IMG/VR virus record: IMGVR_UViG_3300002307_000077
Span: 1 to 47,423 of that record
From: a virus
Taxonomy: Duplodnaviria; Caudoviricetes
Reading direction: 5' to 3' (one strand)
Length of the DNA stretch: 47,423 bases
Within the stretch, counting starts at the first letter, position 1; each line of letters starts with the position of its first letter. The translations under genes were made by a program, and so were the position numbers. A model generated the notes under the pieces. That model saw only the letters and a program-made list of their open reading frames with translations, was not told the DNA's origin and ran no database searches. Shown piece after piece: positions 36,193-44,522 of the stretch.

Positions 36193-36417
36193 ATGTCTTA
36201 TAAACCCGAAGTCCAAACAGATAGCACGGGACAATGGTACGGTAATGCATTGCGCTTTGCGACCGAGCAAGAGGCCTATGATAGTGCCAGAGACTTAGCG
36301 GCGCGTTGGTTCGCCGTTTTGTCATACCGTGCGACCAAGAGCGATGAGCCCGTGAATTATACCTACCACGATCACAAGTTGGCACAAGTTGAAAAGGAAA
36401 CGACCAATGACCATTGA
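36193..36417 (+). CDS. Hypothetical phage protein
   Basis: W.GNALRFATE.EA motif; promoter upstream. Confidence 0.72.
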   Translation: MSYKPEVQTDSTGQWYGNALRFATEQEAYDSARDLAARWFAVLSYRATKSDEPVNYTYHDHKLAQVEKETTNDH

Positions 36418-36610
36418 CCAAGCAATCTCGATTTTAGGTATTAATCGGGCTCGATATGAAGTCCAAAATATGGCAATTGCACTCACTTTTGGTTCATATC
36501 TTAACACAAAACAAGAGCAAGATAGGCTTGAGGCTTCCACTTTTGTGCTTAAGCATTGGAAAGATTATCAACAGGCTTGCCAGCAAGAGCGCGATTCGCT
36601 TTTGCGTTAA
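36407..36610 (+). CDS. Hypothetical protein
   Basis: AAGGA RBS before ATG 36407. Confidence 0.65.
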   Translation: MTIDQAISILGINRARYEVQNMAIALTFGSYLNTKQEQDRLEASTFVLKHWKDYQQACQQERDSLLR

Positions 36611-36633
36611 TGGCCCAAAGGCTCAAATATCAA

Positions 36634-36672
36634 TTGACATAATGACAATGCTTAGCTATTGTCATTATGTCA
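36634..36672 (+). promoter_or_regulatory. Promoter embedded in a perfect 15-bp-arm inverted repeat
   Basis: TTGACA (36634), 17 nt, TATTGT (36657); TGACATAATGACAAT-N8-ATTGTCATTATGTCA. Confidence 0.8.
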
Positions 36673-36692
36673 CTTATTTTATGGGGTTTAAT

Positions 36693-37379
36693 ATGTCTTA
36701 CAATGTTGCCTTTACACGCTTTTCGCGCAATGCAAAGACTGGTCCAATTCCAGTCTCTACAACGACCTATGAGACTTGCCCAATCGGTTGTCCATTGCGT
36801 GACAATGGCTGTTACGGAAGCGGCGGACCATTGGGAATGTTTTGGGCCAAAGTCACAAGCGGAAGCGCAAGCATTGGGTGGCAAGCATTCCTGAAATCAG
36901 TCTCAAAATTGCCTAAAGGCACGCTTTGGCGTCACAATCAAGCTGGTGACCTGCCAAGCCGAGACAAAATCAATATTGACAGCGAAACATTGTCTCAATT
37001 GGTTAAGGCTAACAAAGGCAAGAGAGGCTTCACATATACTCATTATGATATTTTAAACAATGAAACTAATAAACAAGCTATAAAAAAAGCCAATGAATTA
37101 GGCTTTAGGATTAACTTAAGCGCTAATAATCTTGAACATGCGGATAGGCTTTATGACACTGGCATTGCGCCCGTTGTCACAATCTTGCCAGAAAGCGCCA
37201 AGCCAAGCGACGATATTATAACGCCACAGGGGCGCAAAGTCGTGATTTGTCCTGCTACCTATCGGGACGATGTGACTTGCATGTCATGCGGCATATGCTC
37301 AAAAGAGCGCAAAGCAATCATTGGTTTCCCCGTGCACGGGGTTCAAAAGCGCAAAGCCAATGTGGTGGCCAATAGCTAG
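36693..37379 (+). CDS. Cys-rich probable Fe-S protein (gp88 / radical-SAM-like fold), 228 aa
   Basis: TCPIGCPLRDNGCY, WRHNQAGD, FTYTH, CPA......CMSCGIC; ATG 36693 follows the promoter. Confidence 0.65.
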   Translation: MSYNVAFTRFSRNAKTGPIPVSTTTYETCPIGCPLRDNGCYGSGGPLGMFWAKVTSGSASIGWQAFLKSVSKLPKGTLWRHNQAGDLPSRDKINIDSETLSQLVKANKGKRGFTYTHYDILNNETNKQAIKKANELGFRINLSANNLEHADRLYDTGIAPVVTILPESAKPSDDIITPQGRKVVICPATYRDDVTCMSCGICSKERKAIIGFPVHGVQKRKANVVANS

Positions 37380-37394
37380 CAATAGGCAAAGAAA

Positions 37395-37425
37395 TAGGGC
37401 CCGTATAGGGCCCTAGTCTTTTGAT
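37395..37425. terminator. Probable bidirectional terminator between convergent genes
   Basis: TAGGGCCC-GTATA-GGGCCCTA with T-rich 3' and A-rich 5' flanks. Confidence 0.7.
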
Positions 37426-37439
37426 TTATTATATTTGGT

Positions 37440-37649
37440 TTATTTCACTGCAGTAATAATCCCGTCCTTTAGTGTGACTTGTCCGAACCATTCGCGCCCT
37501 AGATTAGTAATATGTGGCCGATTTGCGACTGTTATTGTGCCATTGTCTTTATATTCGGGTCCGAAAATGCTAGTCTCAATATAACGCAAAGGCTTGCCAA
37601 TATTTGCTTTGCACTCTTTCTTTGAGGGGTATTTTGCAATAAGGGTCAT
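37440..37649 (-). CDS. Hypothetical phage protein (69 aa)
   Basis: YPSKKE.K..IG..L.YIETS.FG.EY; AAGGA RBS. Confidence 0.75.
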   Translation of the reverse strand: MTLIAKYPSKKECKANIGKPLRYIETSIFGPEYKDNGTITVANRPHITNLGREWFGQVTLKDGIITAVK

Positions 37650-37671
37650 TAGTTTAGTCCTTTTGTTTAGG

Positions 37672-37722
37672 TGACAATATGACAATATAATAAAGACAAA
37701 ATATCGCCAAGTAAATAATTAA
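37672..37722 (-). promoter_or_regulatory. Probable promoter with TGTCA-N3-TGTCA box
   Basis: TTAATTATTTAC, TTGGCG, 17 nt, TATTGT; box at 37672-37684. Confidence 0.55.
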
Positions 37723-37969
37723 GAATGTTTGTAATGTCTTTTTTACACTTGTGGTTGATTGTTAATCTAGTCTTTACATTGTCAAGCAATTCATTACAAT
37801 TAATTTAAACGGGTTTTAAAGGCTTTTGAGGGGCTTTTGCAATTGCGGGTGCAGTCATACCGGCATTGTCATTATGTCGCATGGGTGACGGTTTCGTGTT
37901 TTGTTCTCGTTTTAAGACTTGTTTGCAGGAAATTGCTGCGAAACAGCTTGGCCGCATAGGGGAGAGATT

Positions 37970-38662
37970 ATGGTTAAGGATACAGAAGAAGCAAAGAGAG
38001 AGAGACAAAAGGCAAGAGAAGCAAAGAGAGAGGCCAATCGTTTAAAGTGGGCCGGATTAGAAAGGGACGTAAAGGGACAGATAAACGACAAGGCCGACAA
38101 TGCTATTGTCGCATTGAGACAGAGAGCTTCGCCTGTCCCTTATAGTGACGCGATCGCAACGGAAATATGCGAGCGCATGGGACAGGGGCAATCATTGGAA
38201 AAGATATGTGAATTGCCGCATATGCCAGCGGTGTCTAGCGTTATGCGATGGTTGAATGATGCGTCAAAGGCCTCTTTCAGGGATGATTACACACGCGCAC
38301 GGGAAAGGCTTTGCGATGCGCTACTCGATCAATGCGTATCAATTGCGGATGAAGCTCTAAGCCCCGACAAAATGACAGATGAAGTCTCTGCAAACGATAA
38401 CATCCAACACGCAAGGCTCATGATCGAAACGCGCATCAAAGCCATTGGCAAAATGCTACCGAAGAAGTACGGCGATCTTTCCCGCATGGAATTGACAGGT
38501 GCAGACGGCGGCGCAATCCAGATGCGAAGTGTCACAGTGACAATTGACAGCGCAGTGTTGGACGCAAGCCAGCGCGATGTGTTGCGAAAAGCTTTGCTTG
38601 CAGCGCGTGATGGTCACAATGTCATAGAGCATGATCGCGACAAAACGTCAGACGAGAGTTAG
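37970..38662 (+). CDS. terS: Terminase small subunit (Sf6-like)
   Basis: YS.AIA.EICER...G.SL..IC....MP....V.RWL, F..DY.RARE, ARL.I.TR......K..PKKYGD; GGAG RBS before ATG 37970. Confidence 0.88.
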   Translation: MVKDTEEAKRERQKAREAKREANRLKWAGLERDVKGQINDKADNAIVALRQRASPVPYSDAIATEICERMGQGQSLEKICELPHMPAVSSVMRWLNDASKASFRDDYTRARERLCDALLDQCVSIADEALSPDKMTDEVSANDNIQHARLMIETRIKAIGKMLPKKYGDLSRMELTGADGGAIQMRSVTVTIDSAVLDASQRDVLRKALLAARDGHNVIEHDRDKTSDES

Positions 38663-38763
38663 GGCCCCTGACCATCGACCACCCGTACCCCCGCCTAATA
38701 GAAAGGCCCCGTCATGGTAATGGTTCCTCCATCTCCCCGACATAGCCCCCAAAAACCAACTAC

Positions 38764-38975
38764 GGGTCCCTTTGACATTTTGACATGGGTCCCCTCCCCT
38801 ATATAGCTATGGGTCCCCCTACCTATGGGTCCCCTATGTTGTTATGTATGTATAGGGTCCCCTATAACCTCTATGCAGCCAAGTTGCTTTGCAGCCGGGT
38901 CCCCCCGATTGTATGTAAGGAATATTCCTTACCTTTGTATAGATTGACTTGACATAACTTTGTGTTAGGGTCCCC
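38764..38975 (+). repeat. Cluster of seven GGGTCCC heptamers plus an 18-bp palindrome between terS and terL
   Basis: GGGTCCC at 38764, 38787, 38811, 38827, 38855, 38897, 38968; GTAAGGAATATTCCTTAC at 38915-38932. Confidence 0.9.
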
Positions 38976-38976
38976 T

Positions 38977-39210
38977 ATGGATGACGTAATAGCAAAATTA
39001 CTAGCTTATAACGTCCCTAATAGGGAGTTAGCTATATACCGTGATGATGACGGCATATGGATTGCCGAATATGTCAATGACGATATGACGCAGAATATGT
39101 GGGAGTCGCATGGTATATATTACAGCACCGGCAAATCTCTGGACGCAGTGTTAGTGCAATTGTTGTGTAATTTGGAACAGGTCTTTAAAAATGACACTTA
39201 TCAATATTGA
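38977..39210 (+). CDS. Hypothetical protein
   Basis: Open frame overlapping terL start; RBS weak. Confidence 0.5.
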   Translation: MDDVIAKLLAYNVPNRELAIYRDDDGIWIAEYVNDDMTQNMWESHGIYYSTGKSLDAVLVQLLCNLEQVFKNDTYQY

Positions 39211-40987
39211 TGGGTCCCTTGTTAATATCGAAGATCAATTGCGGGATCTGGATAAGGCCGATTGCGAAGATAGCCTGTATACGTTCCTGCAAAAGTCATG
39301 GAAGTATATTGATGCCTCCCCATTTTCGGATGGTTGGCCAATGCAAGCTATCGCAGAACACCTTGAGGCGGTTGTAGATGGTCAGATCAAACGGTTGATA
39401 ATCAACATACCTCCCCGTATGGGAAAGTCATCCATAACCTCCGTAGCCTTTCCTGCATGGGTATGGACCCAAAGAAATCAAAGCTCCACTTCGGGTCCCG
39501 GTGTACAATTGCTACACGCCTCATATGCCCACTCTTTGGCACTCAGGGACTCCGTTAAATGCCGCAGACTGATCGAGTCAGCATGGTATCAGTCCCTATG
39601 GGGCGATAGGTTCCAGCTTGTCTCTGACCAGAATACTAAGGGACGTTTTGCCAATGACCAGAATGGGGAAAGATTGATTACTGCCGTTGAAGCTCGTGTA
39701 ACGGGTGAAGGTGGTAATATTATTGTGATCGATGATCCCAATGCAGCCAACGAAGCCTATTCTGAGGCATCCATCTTTACCACAACCGAATGGTGGGATG
39801 GCACAATGTCGACCCGTCTTAATGACATGAAGACAGGCGCATTTATTGTTATTCAGCAAAGATTGTCGGAATTAGATTTAACTGGACACATTTTGTCAAA
39901 AGATGTTGGTGAATGGACGCATCTGTGTTTGCCGATGCGCTATGAATGGAACAGACATTCTGTCACGCAGATTGGCTGGAATGACCCTCGCGGTCTAGAT
40001 GAGCAGGGAGAACCGTTGGTCTTTGTCGATGAGGACGGAACACGGCATCCAAGAGATCCTGACGCTGCTGCTGAATTGACATTGCGTGAAGGAACATTTC
40101 TTTGGCCAGATCGTTTTGCTGACAAAGAAGTCACCCTATTGGAAAAACAACTGGGTCCGCGATCAGCAGGCCAGCTCCAGCAGCGCCCCAGCCCTAAAGG
40201 CGGCGGTATTATTAAGGATGAATGGTGGCAGCTTTGGAGTTCACCCGTATACCCGGATATGTCTTATGTTATTGCGTCACTTGATACTGCATACACAACC
40301 AAGCAGGAAAATGATTTCAGTGCCATGACAGTCTGGGGTGTCTTTACTCGTGATACAGCTAACAGCCAAAACCCGTTTGACAATATTACAGGTTACAGTA
40401 GCCGCAATGGGATGACAAAAGATGGCAAGATGCAAAACATTGATGCTCAATCAGCACTCTTCGATGAAGCCGTTAGGGTACGTTATGCGAAAGATTTTTC
40501 GGATCAGGACTTTCCGAAAGTCATGCTCATGGACGCATGGCAAGCCAAACTCGAAATCCACGAGTTGGTTGCAAAGGTTGCCGCGACTTGCCGCAAAATG
40601 AAAGTAGACGTACTCCTCATTGAAAATAAAGCCGCCGGTCATTCTGTCGCTCAAGAAATACGCCGGATTTATGGTAGCGAGAATTTTGGAGTAATGCTAA
40701 AAGATCCAAAAGGCATGGACAAAATGGCACGGCTCTATTCAATCCAGCATTTGTTTGCCGAAAAGATGGTGTACGCCCCATCAAAGGTATGGGCTCAAAT
40801 GGTCATAGACCAGACCAGCCAGTTTCCAAAAGGCAGACACGATGACTTGGTAGATACCGTCTCAATGGGTATAAAACACTTGCGAGACATTGGTGTGCTT
40901 ACTAGAAGTATCGAATGGGCCGCAGAAGTTGAATCCAGTATGCGGTTCGAAGGAAACAATAATCTTCAACCCCTATATCCGATTTAG
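39191..40987 (+). CDS. terL: Terminase large subunit
   Basis: INIPPRMGKS Walker A, IVIDDP Walker B, SLDTA, IENKAAG, FPKGRHDDLVD nuclease motifs. Confidence 0.96.
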   Translation: MTLINIDGSLVNIEDQLRDLDKADCEDSLYTFLQKSWKYIDASPFSDGWPMQAIAEHLEAVVDGQIKRLIINIPPRMGKSSITSVAFPAWVWTQRNQSSTSGPGVQLLHASYAHSLALRDSVKCRRLIESAWYQSLWGDRFQLVSDQNTKGRFANDQNGERLITAVEARVTGEGGNIIVIDDPNAANEAYSEASIFTTTEWWDGTMSTRLNDMKTGAFIVIQQRLSELDLTGHILSKDVGEWTHLCLPMRYEWNRHSVTQIGWNDPRGLDEQGEPLVFVDEDGTRHPRDPDAAAELTLREGTFLWPDRFADKEVTLLEKQLGPRSAGQLQQRPSPKGGGIIKDEWWQLWSSPVYPDMSYVIASLDTAYTTKQENDFSAMTVWGVFTRDTANSQNPFDNITGYSSRNGMTKDGKMQNIDAQSALFDEAVRVRYAKDFSDQDFPKVMLMDAWQAKLEIHELVAKVAATCRKMKVDVLLIENKAAGHSVAQEIRRIYGSENFGVMLKDPKGMDKMARLYSIQHLFAEKMVYAPSKVWAQMVIDQTSQFPKGRHDDLVDTVSMGIKHLRDIGVLTRSIEWAAEVESSMRFEGNNNLQPLYPI

Positions 40988-40998
40988 GTTGTGACATT

Positions 40999-41217
40999 AT
41001 GACTCAAGTTCGTTGCCGTGCTATTGTAGATGTTGTCCGAGAAGCTGTTCCGCCATTTGTTGGTTTGACAGAATATCGTGTTGAGGCATGGGGTTATGAG
41101 CCCTATGATTTTGTGCGCGTCTATACTATTGATGCGAAAAGTGATACTGTTGCAGCTCAAGAGGGAATCCGGCGCTTCGTTGAGGAAATGGAATCTCTAT
41201 CAGATACAAAGGCTTAA
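40999..41217 (+). CDS. Hypothetical protein
   Basis: Fills the gap between terL and portal. Confidence 0.7.
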   Translation: MTQVRCRAIVDVVREAVPPFVGLTEYRVEAWGYEPYDFVRVYTIDAKSDTVAAQEGIRRFVEEMESLSDTKA

Positions 41218-41219
41218 CT

Positions 41220-43553
41220 ATGCCCATAGTGCCCGGATTATCACCTAACATCCGCGAATTGGCTGAACCTGAGCCAGATTTGCAAGATGATGCCGATATT
41301 GTCATTGAGTCATCTGATGAAGACTCTGACCAATTTAATACCGACAATGATGGTAACATTTTAACAATCGAGCATCCCGATGGCGCTATCACAATTTCTC
41401 TTGACGGCAGCCCTATCTCTCGCGCTGCTGATCGGGGACCTACCGGGTGGTTCGATAATCTTGCAGATGATATTGCTGACGGCAATCTTGAAAACATTGC
41501 TAGCGAGTTACTGCGCGGAATAGAAGATGATTTAACCAGCCGCAGAGATTGGATTGAGGATCGCGCCAATGGCATCAAGCTGTTGGGTCTTAAGCTAGAG
41601 ATTCCCGGACTAGGTGGATCTGCTGATGGTGCGCCCGTTGAAGGCATGAGCCGTGTGCGTCATCCACTTCTTTTGGAAGCAGTGCTGCGGTTTCAAGCCA
41701 ATGCCAGATCAGAACTGTTGCCCACCGATGGGCCAGTCAAGATCCGCAATGACAATAATAATGCCGACTTGCAGGAAGATCAAAGAGCCAATGCTCTTGA
41801 GCGGGATCTGAATCACTTCCTGACGGCTGTAGCTACTGAATACTATCCAGACACAGATCGTATGCTTTTGTCTTTGGGGTTTGGTGGCACAGCATTCAAG
41901 AAGGTTTACTATTGCCCGCTGCGTAATCGCCCGGTCAGCGAAACTGTGGACGCAAATGATCTTATAGTGAATAATGCCGCAACTGATCTGCGAAATGCTC
42001 GCCGTGTCACACACCGCACAAATCTCAAACCCTCAACAGTCAAGCGGTTACAGATCTTAGGCGTGTACCGCGATATTGATTTGCCGCCTCCTTCCGAAAT
42101 GTCACTTGATAGTGTTCAGCGGGAAGAAAAATCCCAGCAAGGCATTGAAGTTGGCTCTTTGCGTCCAGAAGATCGCGACCGTGAGATCTATGAATGTTAT
42201 TGCGAGCTGGATATTCCCGGCTTTGAACATAAGCTCAAAGGCAAAGTAACCGGCCTTGAGTTGCCATATACCGTTACTATTGATGTTACATCCAAGAAGG
42301 TTCTATCCATTGTTAGAAATTATGACGAAGATGACGCAGAACTGCCGGAAGCCAGAACAAACTTTGTTAAGTACACTTTTGTCCCCGGTTTTGGTTTCTA
42401 TGATATTGGTCTGCTACATATCTTGGGCAATACTACTAATGCCATTACGGCTGCTTGGCGCGAGCTTCTTGATGCTGGGATGTATTCTAACTTCCCCGGC
42501 TTCCTCATGGCAGATACGGGTGCTCGACAAAATACAAACATCTTCCGTGTCCCACCCGGTGGAGCCGCGCTAGTTAAAACTAACGGGATGCCAATCAGCC
42601 AAGCCATTATGCCATTGCCATACAAAGAACCGTCAGGCGCTTTGATGAATCTGGTAAACAATATGGCTGAAACAGGTATGCGTATTGGCGGTACATCCGA
42701 GACGCAAGTTGGAGAAGGTAAGGCTGACGCACCTGTTGGGACTACGCTTGCCATGATCGAGCAAGCCACTAAGGTCTTGAACTCAGTTCATAAGCGCCTT
42801 CATGCAGCACAAGCTGAAGAGTTCCAGTTACTTGCACGTTGCTTTAGAGAACATCCCGAAAGTTTCTGGCAACGTAACCGCCGCCCTGCTTATCAATGGG
42901 ATGAAGAAACATTTTTACAGGCGTTGGATGACTGCAATATTGTTCCACAAGCAGATCCTAACACATCCAATCATGCTCAACGCATGATGAAGATTACTGC
43001 GTTGAAGCAACTGCAATCGCAAAACCCGTCCATGTATGACCCCATTGCAATTGATGTTGCAGCACTTCAAGCTCTTGGTTGGAGCAACCCCCAACAATTT
43101 ATGGCTCCCCCCAGCTCACAAGGCAAACCCCCGCCAGAACTTATCCAAGCGCAAGCCAAAATGGCAAACGAAAAGCAAAACTCGGATGCTCGTATGTTGG
43201 ACAGCCAGACACGCGCCAAAGAAACTCAAGCCCAGATCGAACTGGAACAACAAAGGTTGCAGCTTGAGTCTGGTGGTGGTGAGGATGGCGGCTTAGACAA
43301 AGCCAAGATGATAGACTTCCAGCTCAGGGCGGATGACATTCGCCAGCGCCAAGAGGACGCAATGCTGGACGCAGTTAACCGTAAGAGGGACCGGGAAAGC
43401 CGTGAACGCCTAGCAGCGATCAAACTGGCAGAAGAAGTGTCTCGTAACCCGCAAGCATTGGGTTATGTTGACAAAGTTATTGATCCTGCAATGTTACAGC
43501 GGTTAGAGGGTAATGAGCCTACGCTGGACGGCAAGAAAACTGGAGAACTCTGA
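41220..43553 (+). CDS. Portal protein (P22-like, long C-terminal coiled coil)
   Basis: HPLLLEA..RFQA, G.AFKKVY, GFYDIGL, PVGTT.A..E; position after terL. Confidence 0.9.
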   Translation: MPIVPGLSPNIRELAEPEPDLQDDADIVIESSDEDSDQFNTDNDGNILTIEHPDGAITISLDGSPISRAADRGPTGWFDNLADDIADGNLENIASELLRGIEDDLTSRRDWIEDRANGIKLLGLKLEIPGLGGSADGAPVEGMSRVRHPLLLEAVLRFQANARSELLPTDGPVKIRNDNNNADLQEDQRANALERDLNHFLTAVATEYYPDTDRMLLSLGFGGTAFKKVYYCPLRNRPVSETVDANDLIVNNAATDLRNARRVTHRTNLKPSTVKRLQILGVYRDIDLPPPSEMSLDSVQREEKSQQGIEVGSLRPEDRDREIYECYCELDIPGFEHKLKGKVTGLELPYTVTIDVTSKKVLSIVRNYDEDDAELPEARTNFVKYTFVPGFGFYDIGLLHILGNTTNAITAAWRELLDAGMYSNFPGFLMADTGARQNTNIFRVPPGGAALVKTNGMPISQAIMPLPYKEPSGALMNLVNNMAETGMRIGGTSETQVGEGKADAPVGTTLAMIEQATKVLNSVHKRLHAAQAEEFQLLARCFREHPESFWQRNRRPAYQWDEETFLQALDDCNIVPQADPNTSNHAQRMMKITALKQLQSQNPSMYDPIAIDVAALQALGWSNPQQFMAPPSSQGKPPPELIQAQAKMANEKQNSDARMLDSQTRAKETQAQIELEQQRLQLESGGGEDGGLDKAKMIDFQLRADDIRQRQEDAMLDAVNRKRDRESRERLAAIKLAEEVSRNPQALGYVDKVIDPAMLQRLEGNEPTLDGKKTGEL

Positions 43554-44521
43554 TGGCTGAATTTGACCCTAAAAGTCTTTGGAACATTTTAGATCGTGGT
43601 ACAACTGGCGAGTTTCGCGCAGGTGCTATTGGTCAACTTATTCGCTCCAGAGACCCACTAGCGCCATCAAATGCTTGGGGCATTGTTAATGGCCGTTATG
43701 TTAACCAGCAAGGAACCGGGCTTTCAGTTCGCGGTCCCGGTGGCAGAATGGTTCCGGCGATGGCTCCGGCAGAAATCGAGAAAGCTGCCAATTCATTAGG
43801 GTCAAAGCTGCAAAAAATTAGGGATCAAGATCGGTTAAATACCCCTAGCACCGAATTGGTTACAACTCCTAAAGCTGAAGATTATAAGCCTAATTTTCAG
43901 CTTCTTCCAGAAACCAAATTGCCTGCTATTGTGGAGCAGTTCAACCGCCCACAAGGCCGTCCCCCAATTCCGCCTCGTGCCAAATCCGGTGCAACGGGTT
44001 CAGATTGGGTTGCCCCTGTTGTTGGTTTGGGAGCTTTAGGTGCTGCCAGTACATTGTTTGGAAGCAAGCCGTATCCATCAGTAGAATCTGCACCAAACCC
44101 ACCAGCTCCTAGTGCTGCTCCATCCGGCGACAGTTGGGAACAAGACCCCGAAACAGGTCAACTTCGCCGCAGCCAAGATTTTACTGGATTGACTGGCCCC
44201 GCTGGGACACCCGCGCAGCTCCGTGAGCCGGTAGAAGTTGCTAAAACAGTTAGACCTGCACCTGCAAATGTCCCTTTGCCTCCGCAACGTCCCAAAGAAA
44301 TATACTGGGGTGATCCTGATCGTGCATCAGATTTCTTTCGTGCCAGCAAACAAATGCAAGAGTACGAAAAGAATGATACGCCTTTCATTGGCCGTTCTGG
44401 ATTGGCAAGTGATCCAGACAATATGAAACGCGGCGGGACTGCAAAGGGCGGGATGAACCGCGATGCAGTTGTGCATAAAGCTCTTGAGATCATCCATCAC
44501 ATGCTAATGCGCGGTCACTAA
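43553..44521 (+). CDS. Pro-rich probable internal virion protein
   Basis: Low complexity; C-terminal MKRGG...DAVVHKALEII. Confidence 0.65.
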   Translation: MAEFDPKSLWNILDRGTTGEFRAGAIGQLIRSRDPLAPSNAWGIVNGRYVNQQGTGLSVRGPGGRMVPAMAPAEIEKAANSLGSKLQKIRDQDRLNTPSTELVTTPKAEDYKPNFQLLPETKLPAIVEQFNRPQGRPPIPPRAKSGATGSDWVAPVVGLGALGAASTLFGSKPYPSVESAPNPPAPSAAPSGDSWEQDPETGQLRRSQDFTGLTGPAGTPAQLREPVEVAKTVRPAPANVPLPPQRPKEIYWGDPDRASDFFRASKQMQEYEKNDTPFIGRSGLASDPDNMKRGGTAKGGMNRDAVVHKALEIIHHMLMRGH

Positions 44522-44522
44522 C

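Noticed and set aside
36456-36692. 79-codon N-terminal extension of the Cys-rich gene
   Set aside because: Overlaps the 36407 gene and spans a clear promoter; ATG 36693 is the better start
33519-38785. TGTCA direct repeats as Pho boxes or alphaproteobacterial LexA/CtrA sites
   Set aside because: Period is 8 nt rather than the 11 nt of Pho boxes, and the sequence does not match GTTC-N7-GTTC or TTAA-N7-TTAA
38764-38975. GGGTCCC cluster as a mini-CRISPR or restriction-site decoy array
   Set aside because: Units are only 7-12 nt with irregular spacing of 16-71 nt; position next to terS favours a packaging role, though a decoy role is not strictly excluded
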